Below, in pieces: positions 20,948 to 29,636 of a stretch of 62,137 nucleotides of DNA (positions within the stretch are counted from its first letter, which is position 1; the number at the start of each line of letters is the position of its first letter). The position numbers and the translations under genes are program-made. Origin of the DNA: an uncultured Parabacteroides sp. (GTDB lineage Bacteria > Bacteroidota > Bacteroidia > Bacteroidales > Tannerellaceae); the NCBI GenBank assembly GCA_937890135.1, contig CALBYC010000211.1:1-62137 (forward strand), read 5' to 3'. Below the pieces are notes generated by a model. The model was not told where the DNA came from, ran no database searches, and saw only the letters and a list, made by a program, of their open reading frames with translations.

Positions 20948-23900
20948 ATGAAACAAGTAAAGTTAGATGGTAAGCGTGGCCTTTTTGTCGCTTCTTTATG
21001 GGCGATGGTTTGTTTGATACTATGTTCTTGTGGAGGGAAGACCCGGAAAGTTCCTCCATCTGCCGATTTTGAGCCTTATATCAGTGCGTACACGGAAGGA
21101 ATCGTTTCTGAAGGTTCCAAAATACAGATATGCTTTGCCGTGGACTTCCCTGCCGTGGAAGTTGGCAAAGAACTTGAAAAGAATCCATTCCGCTTTTCTC
21201 CGTCGATAAAAGGGAAAGCTTATTGGGCGAACAGCAATACGCTGGAATTTGTTCCCGAAGAAGGGGCGTTGAAACCCGGCAAGGCGTATGACGCGACATT
21301 CAGCTTAGGCGATTTTGTACCTGTCGAGAAGGATTTGCGTAATTTCCCTTTTTCATTTCAAGTCCGGCAAAGGCAATTCTCGGTCCGGCTCAACCCGATT
21401 GCCATTACTGCGTCCCGGCCGGATGAAATAAGCGTTTCAGGTGAAATTGAATTTACCTTTGCGATGAAGGCGGATGAAGTGCGTAAGATTTTTTCTTTCT
21501 CCGAAGGGGGCAAGATGCACTCGTTGCAGTTGTCCGGAGCGGAGCCAAGCACAACCTTCTCCTTCGACATAAGCGGCATAGAGAGAAGGGCAAAAAGCTA
21601 TGACTATATTATATCTCTGGACGGTTCTCCTGCGGACATCGACCAGGGAATGACATGTAAAGTGAGCGTGCCTGCCAAGGACACATTTTCTTATTTGTCG
21701 TCCGAACGGATAAATGACCCGCAGAATGGGATAATCGTCACTTTCTCGGAACCATTGTCCAATACCCAAGATATGAAGGGCCTGTTTGACATAGCCGAGT
21801 TGAAAGATTATACGTTGGAAATTGAAAACAACAGGGCTTGGATTTTCTTTGAAGAGAAAGATGAGGCCTTGACTTTGAGGCTTCATGAAGGCATCCGGGA
21901 TTATCAGGATAAACCGTTGGGCACTTCGCATACGATCTCCTTTGCCGGTTTGTCCTGGAAGCCCCAAGTGGAAATTCCTAATGACCGTGCCATCCTTCCT
22001 GACTCGAAGAATCTGATTGTCCCGTTCAGGGCCGTTAACCTGTATGCCGTGGACGTGAATATAATCCGCATTTATGCGAGCAACTTGTTGTCATTCCTGC
22101 AGAACAACTCGTTGTCCGGCGGTGACGAGTTACGCAGGAATGGCCGTCTGGTGTACCACCGGACATTATGGTTTGACGATGAGAGCAAAAATATCCATCA
22201 ATGGCAAGACTATTCCATAGACCTCGCCCATTTGATAAAGCAAGAGCCGGGTGCCATCTATAGGGTTCTGCTTTCTTTCCGTCAGGAATATTCGGCATAT
22301 CCTTGTGGCGGAAGCGTGCCAATTGCCGTACGTCCGGCAAAGAGCAATTTGGTCCCGATAGGTGACGGAATCTCGGAAGAGGATAACAGCGTATGGGATG
22401 AGCAAAATCCGTATTTGTATTATACGGGCATCGATATGGATTGGTCATCGTATGATTGGAAAGAGAGAGAGAATCCGTGCCATGCTTCTTATTACATGAA
22501 TTCGGATCATGTGGCAGCTTGCAATGTCTTGGCATCAAATGTCGGAATAATTGTAAAGAAGAATTCATTGGATAAGCTATGGTTGGCGGTAAGTGACATA
22601 TTGGATACGCGACCGATAGCGGGGGCGGATGTGACGGTCTATAACTACCAGTTGCAGAAAATAGCTTCCGGGAAAACAGACGGTGACGGTTTTGCCGTGA
22701 TAGACATCAAGTCGAAATCCAAACCGTTCATTGTGGTGGCGGAGCATGACAGCCAAAAGAGCTATGTGAAAATACAGGAGGGGGAAGAGCAGTCTGTCAG
22801 CCGTTTCGACGTAGGCGGGAAAGAGATACAGAAAGGCCTGAAGGGCTTCGTCTATGGCGAGAGGGGCGTATGGCGTCCGGGCGACACGCTTCATGTCTCT
22901 TTCATTTTGGAAGATAAGGCAAAACGCATACCGGACAACCACCCGGTAGCTTTGGAACTGTATAACCCCGGCGGGCAATTCTATATGAAACAAGTGGAAA
23001 CGAAAAGTTTGAACGGCTTTTACTCTTTCCACCTTCCGACGAGACAGGAGGATCCGACAGGCGTTTGGAATGCCTACGTAAAAGTAGGCGGTTCGACCTT
23101 TCATAAAGCACTTCGGATAGAAACCATCAAACCCAACCGTTTGAAGATAAATCTGCAGTTGCCGGAGATGTTATGCGTGAAAGAGAAAGAAATAATTGCC
23201 CCTTTGTCGGCTTCATGGCTCACCGGGGCAAAGGCATCCAACCTTAAAGTCAAGGTCGACATGTCATTATCGAAAGTGAATGCCCAATTCAAGAAATACG
23301 ATCGATACCAGTTTAATAATCCGGCTACCCGCTTCTCTTTCGTCAAGCGGGAACTTTATTCCGGGACTTTGGATGCTGAAGGGAAAGGGAATGTCCGGAT
23401 CCGATTGGCGGAAACAGCCGATGCTCCGGGTATGTTGAATGCGCAAATCACGACCCGCGTATTCGAGCCGGGCGGTGATGTCAGCTTCCATACGCAAGCC
23501 GTACCTTATTCCCCTTTCTCCTCTTACGTGGGCATCAATTTGAACCAACCGGAAGACAAAGCCATCGAAACCGATAAAGAGCACCGCTTTGATATCGTAA
23601 CGGTGGATGAAAAAGGCAACTTGGTTGACCGGTCCAACCTGGAATATAAAATATATCATATTGAATGGAGCTGGTGGTGGGAGAACGATGGACAATCATT
23701 CGATACCTATATCAATGGGACTTCCGTCGTCCCGGTTGCCACCGGCAAGCTTCAAACGAATGGCGGCAAAGGGAGCTTTTCCTTTAAAGTGAACTATCCC
23801 GATTGGGGACGCTACTTGGTTTATGTGAAAGATAAGGATAGCGGCCATGCGACAGGAGGCACCATATTGGTGGATTGGCCGGAATGGAGAGGGCGTTCTA

Positions 23901-26512
23901 ACAAGCCGAACCCTGCCGGGCTCAAAATGCTGGCTTTCTCATTGGATAAGAAATCCTATGAGATAGGAGAAAAGGCGACGGCTATCATTCCTGCATCATC
24001 GGGTGGACGTGCGTTGGTTTCGATAGAAAATGGAACATCCGTATTGAAACAAGAATGGGTGCAAGTAGCGGCTGGAAGCGATACGAAATATTCATTTACG
24101 GTTACCCCTGAAATGGCTCCGAATGTATATTTGCATATTAGTTTGTTGCAACCTCATTCACAAACAATCAATGATTTGCCGATAAGGATGTATGGTGTTG
24201 CTCCTGTGCTCGTTACGAATAAACAGACGCAATTGCGCCCCGTTATCGAAATGCCAGATGTGTTGCGCCCCGAGACAAACTTCAATGTCACCGTTCGGGA
24301 GCAAGCCGGCAAGCCGATGACTTACACTTTGGCTCTTGTGGATGAAGGGTTGTTGGACTTGACAAATTTCAAGACACCGGACCCGTGGAACGAGTTTTAT
24401 TCGAAAGAGGCTTTAGGCATCCGCACGTGGGACATGTATGATGATGTGTTGGGCGCATTTTCAAGTAAGTTTTCCTCTATGTTCAGCATAGGAGGAGACG
24501 CAACCTTAAAACCGGCCGATGCAAAAACGAACCGCTTTAAACCGGTCGTCAAATTTATAGGCCCTTTCCATTTGGGCAAAAACGGAAAAAGAACGCATAC
24601 GCTCCAGCTCCCCATGTATGTTGGAGCTGTGCGGGCGATGGTGGTTGCCGGAGAAAACGGAGCGTATGGTAGCGCAGAGAAGAGTGCTTCCGTCCGTACC
24701 CCGTTGATGTTGCTTTCTTCTTTGCCCCGTGTGTTGAGCGTGAATGAAGAAATAGAGGTGCCTGTCAACCTCTTTGTCATGGAAAAAGGATTAAAAGAGG
24801 TTTCTGTGTCCATGGAAGTGGAGGGTGCTGGCGTGAAAATAGCGGGAGCGAACCATCGTTCCTTGACATTCTCTGCCCCGGGGGACAAGCTTACTTTTTT
24901 CCATCTGAAGTGCGGGGAAAGGAAGGGGAAGGTCAAGGTCCGGTTTTTAGCAAAAGGGAACGGGCATGTGGCTCGAGAATCGATAGACATAGAAGTCCGT
25001 AATCCGAATCCGGTTGTCACACTCCGTCAGGAAAAATGGATTCAAAAGGGGAAAAAGGCGACATTGGAATATGGTATGGCCCGAAATCTCTTGGACGGGA
25101 AGTTGCAATTGGAGGTGTCTCGTATACCTATGCTGGATTTCAGCCGGCGTTTTGACTTTTTGTACAACTACCAGCATCAGTGTACCGAGCAGTTGACATC
25201 TAAAGCTTTGCCCTTGCTTTTCATCCAAAAGTTGAAAGAGCTGGATAAACAGGAAGAGCGTTCAATAAAAAAGAACATTGAAGCTGGCATACAGCAGATT
25301 TATTCCCGCCAGTTGCCGAACGGGGGTTTTGTCTATTGGCCAGGTGATGCAGTTGCCGACGAGTGGATAACTTCTTATGCCGGGATGTTCTTGGCCATGG
25401 CGAAAGAAAAAGGATATGCCGTGAATGCAAATGTGTTTGACAAATGGCTGCGTTTCCAAAGGTTGGCAGCATTGAACTGGAAGAATGGGGAGGATAAACG
25501 TTCCGCCTTGAATCTCCAGTCCCAGCAGCAACAAGCTTTTCGCCTTTATACGTTGGCTTTGGCCGGAAATCCTGAATATGGAGCGATGAACAGGATGTAC
25601 GAACAAACGGATTTGCCCAAGCTGGCTGTGTTCCAGTTGGCTGCAGCGTATGCTGTCGTCGGGAAAAAGAAAAATGCGGAAGAGTTGTTGTTTAAAGTCC
25701 GGTTGAAAGAGGATTATCCCGGCGTGGGCTACATTTATGGTTCTGAAAATCGAGACAGGGCGATGTTGCTGGAAACCTATTTGTTGATGGGCAGGAATGA
25801 TGAGGCTTTGAAATTGGCCAAAGAGATTTCCGCCGCACTGGACAAGGAGGATAGTTTCGACACGCAATCCTCAGCTTACGCTTTGATGGTTATGGGGCAA
25901 CTGGCGGACAAATTGTCCGGCTCTTTGAAATTCAGTTGGAGCTTGGATGGGAAACGGCAGCCCGTAGTCAATACGGCAAAGGCGGTATATGTACAAACCG
26001 TGGATGGAGCCTCCCGCCAAGGGACGATAGAAGTAGCAAATGATGGAGAAGGGGCATTGAATGCTGCGGTTGTGACATCCGCGCAGTTGCTGCATGATAC
26101 GCTTCCTGAAATGTCAAACCAGTTAGCGTTGGACGTTAAATATGTCGATATGTCCGGCCATGCGATAGATGCCACAAGGATGGTTCAAGGAAATGATTTC
26201 CGGGCAATCATCACAGTTACGAACAAGAATCCATTGAACGAGTATACGCATTTGGCGCTTACGCATATATTGCCTTCCGGCTGGGAAATCTATCCGGAAC
26301 GGAAGAACGAACCATTTACCTATCAGGATGTGCGCGATGACAGGATTCTGACTTACTTCGACCTCAAAGGAGGCGAACGCAAGCAGTTCTCGGTGCGACT
26401 GCATGCAACCTATTTAGGGGAGTTCGTCTTGCCGGCTATCCAATGCGAGGCAATGTACGATACGTCCGTAATGGCTCGGAGCAAAGCAGGAAGGACGGCG
26501 GTTGTGCGGTGA
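20948..26512 (+). CDS. Bacterial alpha-2-macroglobulin family lipoprotein
   Basis: 1854 aa; lipobox LCSC; ERGVWRPGD, LVDEGLLDLT, thioester CTEQ, DVRDDR; upstream of pbpC. Confidence 0.95.
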   Translation: MKQVKLDGKRGLFVASLWAMVCLILCSCGGKTRKVPPSADFEPYISAYTEGIVSEGSKIQICFAVDFPAVEVGKELEKNPFRFSPSIKGKAYWANSNTLEFVPEEGALKPGKAYDATFSLGDFVPVEKDLRNFPFSFQVRQRQFSVRLNPIAITASRPDEISVSGEIEFTFAMKADEVRKIFSFSEGGKMHSLQLSGAEPSTTFSFDISGIERRAKSYDYIISLDGSPADIDQGMTCKVSVPAKDTFSYLSSERINDPQNGIIVTFSEPLSNTQDMKGLFDIAELKDYTLEIENNRAWIFFEEKDEALTLRLHEGIRDYQDKPLGTSHTISFAGLSWKPQVEIPNDRAILPDSKNLIVPFRAVNLYAVDVNIIRIYASNLLSFLQNNSLSGGDELRRNGRLVYHRTLWFDDESKNIHQWQDYSIDLAHLIKQEPGAIYRVLLSFRQEYSAYPCGGSVPIAVRPAKSNLVPIGDGISEEDNSVWDEQNPYLYYTGIDMDWSSYDWKERENPCHASYYMNSDHVAACNVLASNVGIIVKKNSLDKLWLAVSDILDTRPIAGADVTVYNYQLQKIASGKTDGDGFAVIDIKSKSKPFIVVAEHDSQKSYVKIQEGEEQSVSRFDVGGKEIQKGLKGFVYGERGVWRPGDTLHVSFILEDKAKRIPDNHPVALELYNPGGQFYMKQVETKSLNGFYSFHLPTRQEDPTGVWNAYVKVGGSTFHKALRIETIKPNRLKINLQLPEMLCVKEKEIIAPLSASWLTGAKASNLKVKVDMSLSKVNAQFKKYDRYQFNNPATRFSFVKRELYSGTLDAEGKGNVRIRLAETADAPGMLNAQITTRVFEPGGDVSFHTQAVPYSPFSSYVGINLNQPEDKAIETDKEHRFDIVTVDEKGNLVDRSNLEYKIYHIEWSWWWENDGQSFDTYINGTSVVPVATGKLQTNGGKGSFSFKVNYPDWGRYLVYVKDKDSGHATGGTILVDWPEWRGRSNKPNPAGLKMLAFSLDKKSYEIGEKATAIIPASSGGRALVSIENGTSVLKQEWVQVAAGSDTKYSFTVTPEMAPNVYLHISLLQPHSQTINDLPIRMYGVAPVLVTNKQTQLRPVIEMPDVLRPETNFNVTVREQAGKPMTYTLALVDEGLLDLTNFKTPDPWNEFYSKEALGIRTWDMYDDVLGAFSSKFSSMFSIGGDATLKPADAKTNRFKPVVKFIGPFHLGKNGKRTHTLQLPMYVGAVRAMVVAGENGAYGSAEKSASVRTPLMLLSSLPRVLSVNEEIEVPVNLFVMEKGLKEVSVSMEVEGAGVKIAGANHRSLTFSAPGDKLTFFHLKCGERKGKVKVRFLAKGNGHVARESIDIEVRNPNPVVTLRQEKWIQKGKKATLEYGMARNLLDGKLQLEVSRIPMLDFSRRFDFLYNYQHQCTEQLTSKALPLLFIQKLKELDKQEERSIKKNIEAGIQQIYSRQLPNGGFVYWPGDAVADEWITSYAGMFLAMAKEKGYAVNANVFDKWLRFQRLAALNWKNGEDKRSALNLQSQQQQAFRLYTLALAGNPEYGAMNRMYEQTDLPKLAVFQLAAAYAVVGKKKNAEELLFKVRLKEDYPGVGYIYGSENRDRAMLLETYLLMGRNDEALKLAKEISAALDKEDSFDTQSSAYALMVMGQLADKLSGSLKFSWSLDGKRQPVVNTAKAVYVQTVDGASRQGTIEVANDGEGALNAAVVTSAQLLHDTLPEMSNQLALDVKYVDMSGHAIDATRMVQGNDFRAIITVTNKNPLNEYTHLALTHILPSGWEIYPERKNEPFTYQDVRDDRILTYFDLKGGERKQFSVRLHATYLGEFVLPAIQCEAMYDTSVMARSKAGRTAVVR

Positions 26513-26516
26513 TGAT

Positions 26517-28880
26517 ATGTATAACATATATGTAAAGTATAAAAAATGGCCGGTTGCCAAGAAAACATGCTGCTGGGTGCTGCTTTTCTTGGCAATCGTT
26601 TACATGGATTGTTTGCCGGGACAGCTATTCCATGTCCCTTATGCCACCGTCGTGACAGACCGTTCGGGAGAATTATTGGGAGCAAGAATTGCAACAGACG
26701 GCCAGTGGCGTTTCCCTCCCCGGGCTTCAGTGCCGGAAAAAATGGAGAAATGTATCATTGCGTTTGAGGATAAACATTTCTATTACCATTGGGGGGTAGA
26801 TCCTGTCGCTTTATGCCGTGCTTGCTATCAAAATTTGAAACAAAAGAAAATAGTGAGCGGGGGCAGCACTTTGACGATGCAGACCATCCGTCTTTCCAGG
26901 AATCAACCCCGCACGATTTTTGAAAAGATAGTCGAGGCGATATGGGCCACTCGTTTGGAATTCCGTTGCTCCAAAGGGGAAATATTAGCCCTGTATATGT
27001 CGCATGCCCCGTTTGGTGGCAATGTGGTAGGACTGGATGCTGCGGCTTGGCGCTATTTTGGCCATGCCGCCGAAGAACTCTCATGGGCGGAATCGGCGAC
27101 TTTGGCGGTATTGCCCAATGCCCCTTCCATGATCCATCTATCCAAAGGCAGGAACCGGTTACTTGAAAAACGAAACGGATTGCTGAAGAGACTTCGCGAT
27201 GATCGGACAATAGATTCGGACACTTATGAATTGGCGATAAGCGAACCTTTGGCAAAAGCGCCGCATGACCTGCCTCAAGCCGCTTCATGCCTGGTTGATT
27301 ATTTTTACAAGACAGAAAAAGGGAAACGCATTCGATCGACATTGGATGCCGGCATCCAGCAAAGAATAGAAAGCATTCTGGAACAGTGGAATGCTGAATT
27401 TATCCGGAGTGACATCCGGAATATGGCGGCTCTGGTCATCGATATTCCTTCCAACCAAGTAATTGCATATTGCGGCAACATGAGCCGAGACCGTAGGCAA
27501 AACGGTAACCAAGTGGATATAGTCCAAGCGCCAAGGAGTACGGGAAGCATACTTAAGCCATTTTTATATGCGGCGATGCTGAAAGAGGGCAGCTTGCTCC
27601 CGCACATGTTGTTGCCTGATGTGCCGGTCAATATCAATGGCTTCACCCCGGAAAACTTCAATATGCAATACGAGGGGGCTGTTCCCGCCTCGGAAGCCCT
27701 TGCCCGCTCCTTGAATGTCCCGGCCGTGAATATGCTGCGCCAATACGGGACTGCTAAATTCCTGAAATTATTGCAGCAATGGGGTTTGCATACGTTGAAC
27801 CGCCCTGCATCCCATTATGGACTTTCTTTGATATTAGGAGGAGGGGAGGCTACCCTATGGGACGTGACGAATGCGTATAAGCGATTGGTGGAGGCGATTT
27901 ACCCTTCCATGGCTTTGCGGAAATCGCAAGCCCTGTTGCAAATCGATGGCAAGGAAGAGAAGCCGGATGACGTGGAATCATTTCATGATTTGGGAAAGGA
28001 GGGTGACGAGGCTGCGGCTTGGGCAGGAGCGTCGTGGTTGACCCTCGCAGCGTTGATGGAGGTCAATCGTCCCGAGGAAATTGATTGGAAATCCATTTCC
28101 TCCATGCAGCGCGTTGCTTGGAAAACGGGAACAAGCTATGGTTTCCGTGACGCTTGGTCTGTGGGGGTGACTCCTCGATATGCGGTGGGAGTCTGGGTAG
28201 GGAACGCTACCGGGGAAGGCAAGCCTGAACTCGTGGGCGCACGTGCTGCGGCACCCGTCATGTTTGATATATTCAACGCTTTGCCTTATGTGCGGGAAGG
28301 CTTTAAAAAACCGGCGGAGGGACTTCTTGAAGCGGAGGTGTGCAAGCATTCAGGCTATTTGAAGGGGCGTTTTTGTGAAGAGTCGGATGTGACGGATGTT
28401 CCTCTTGCCGCATGGCATTCGGCCACTTGCCCTTTCCACCATCTTGTCAACCTGACGTTGGATGAGAAATACCGGATATATGAAAATGTGGCGGACAATG
28501 GAACGTGTGTCCAAAAGTCATGGTTTACGCTGCCCCCCGTATGGGAATGGTATTACAAGCAACATCATCCTGAATACAAACCGCTTCCTCCTTTCAAGGG
28601 ACGTACGGCGGAAGATTATCCGGTAATGCAGTTCATTTATCCGACAATGAATGCGATCATTCAATTGCCCAAGCAAATGGATGGGAGCAAAGGCTTTCTT
28701 ACGGCAGAGGTGGCGGCAAGCAATGCCAAAACGACTTTGTTTTGGCATTTGGATGGCTCCTATTTGACGGAAACACAAGATTTTCATAAAATATCTTTGC
28801 AGCCATCCGAAGGGAAACATTCTTTGACGGTTGTGGACAGCGATGGGAATTCCATTTCTACCTCTTTCCAGGTCAATTGA
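26517..28880 (+). CDS. pbpC: Penicillin-binding protein 1C
   Basis: EDKHFYYHWG, GGSTLTMQ, STGSILKP, SLN, KTGTS; C-terminal BiPBP_C-like region. Confidence 0.93.
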   Translation: MYNIYVKYKKWPVAKKTCCWVLLFLAIVYMDCLPGQLFHVPYATVVTDRSGELLGARIATDGQWRFPPRASVPEKMEKCIIAFEDKHFYYHWGVDPVALCRACYQNLKQKKIVSGGSTLTMQTIRLSRNQPRTIFEKIVEAIWATRLEFRCSKGEILALYMSHAPFGGNVVGLDAAAWRYFGHAAEELSWAESATLAVLPNAPSMIHLSKGRNRLLEKRNGLLKRLRDDRTIDSDTYELAISEPLAKAPHDLPQAASCLVDYFYKTEKGKRIRSTLDAGIQQRIESILEQWNAEFIRSDIRNMAALVIDIPSNQVIAYCGNMSRDRRQNGNQVDIVQAPRSTGSILKPFLYAAMLKEGSLLPHMLLPDVPVNINGFTPENFNMQYEGAVPASEALARSLNVPAVNMLRQYGTAKFLKLLQQWGLHTLNRPASHYGLSLILGGGEATLWDVTNAYKRLVEAIYPSMALRKSQALLQIDGKEEKPDDVESFHDLGKEGDEAAAWAGASWLTLAALMEVNRPEEIDWKSISSMQRVAWKTGTSYGFRDAWSVGVTPRYAVGVWVGNATGEGKPELVGARAAAPVMFDIFNALPYVREGFKKPAEGLLEAEVCKHSGYLKGRFCEESDVTDVPLAAWHSATCPFHHLVNLTLDEKYRIYENVADNGTCVQKSWFTLPPVWEWYYKQHHPEYKPLPPFKGRTAEDYPVMQFIYPTMNAIIQLPKQMDGSKGFLTAEVAASNAKTTLFWHLDGSYLTETQDFHKISLQPSEGKHSLTVVDSDGNSISTSFQVN

Positions 28881-28998
28881 ACGTCTGTTTGACGAGACGC
28901 AGGAGATGGGGTATCAGGCTGATGGTGTCAAAAGCCGTGCCCGTATCATCAGGGACGCATGAATCTGGCAAACCTTGCCTCCATAAAGTTGAAAAACT

Positions 28999-29146
28999 GG
29001 TCTCACTATCTCTCACCCGCTATTTGGAACAATCCAACCCCTTGTGGAACAGCTCTTTGTGCGGGGTGAGAGATAGGTGAGAGATACGGGAAAAGGTGAG
29101 AGATACCCCTTTAACTTCCAGTATTTCAGTTTGTTTTGGTCTCACC
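28999..29146. repeat. GGTGAGAGAT-box intergenic element, copy A
   Basis: GGTGAGAGAT at 29065, 29076, 29095; inverted GGTCTCACC 29138-29146; inverted arm TCTCACTATCTCTCACCCGC 29001-29020. Confidence 0.8.
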
Positions 29147-29185
29147 TTTCATCTTCCCCTCCTCCTCTTCCTGTACTTTTTTCAA

Positions 29186-29266
29186 ATCGGTCGCTATCTT
29201 TTTCCCAAAAGGATGCGGCCATTCCCTGAAAAGGTCGTATCTCTTTTTCTCTCTGGGTGCATCGTT
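29186..29266. repeat. Degenerate 22-bp-period tandem array adjoining element copy A
   Basis: Units at 29186 ATCGGTCGCTATCTTTTTCCCA, 29208 AAAGGATGCGGCCATTCCCTGA, 29230 AAAGGTCGTATCTCTTTTTCTC. Confidence 0.55.
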
Positions 29267-29581
29267 TTACAATAATGCTTCGATTTTTGCTACGAACTTG
29301 TCTTTTGACGTAGCGCCGACAATCTTGTCCACGACTTTGCCGTCTTTGATAAAGATGACAGTAGGGATATTACGTACGCCAAACTTTCCTACGATTTCGT
29401 CGTTGCTGTCAACGTCCATTTTGCCCACGATAACACGTCCTTCATATTCTGCCGCCAACTCGTCGATGATGGGAGACACCATGCGGCACGGTCCGCACCA
29501 TTCGGCCCAGAAGTCAAGAACCATAGGCTTTCCGGAGTTGACTAACTCGTTGAAATTAGAGTCTGTAATTTGTAATGCCAT
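29267..29581 (-). CDS. trxA: Thioredoxin
   Basis: DFWAEWCGPC, VRNIPT; 104 aa. Confidence 0.97.
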   Translation of the reverse strand: MALQITDSNFNELVNSGKPMVLDFWAEWCGPCRMVSPIIDELAAEYEGRVIVGKMDVDSNDEIVGKFGVRNIPTVIFIKDGKVVDKIVGATSKDKFVAKIEALL

Positions 29582-29636
29582 TTTATAAATCGTTTAAATG
29601 TTATGTTCCTTGTTTTGCGGAGCAAAAGTACAAAAA

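Noticed and set aside
28999..29266. CRISPR array interpretation of the GGTGAGAGAT and 22-bp repeats
   Set aside because: Repeats are 10 nt with unequal 1/9/33 spacing, or degenerate with no spacers; no cas genes in the window
29136..29588. 150-aa plus-strand ORF and ORF 28877-29080
   Set aside because: Antisense to trxA or running through the repeat element; no protein-like features
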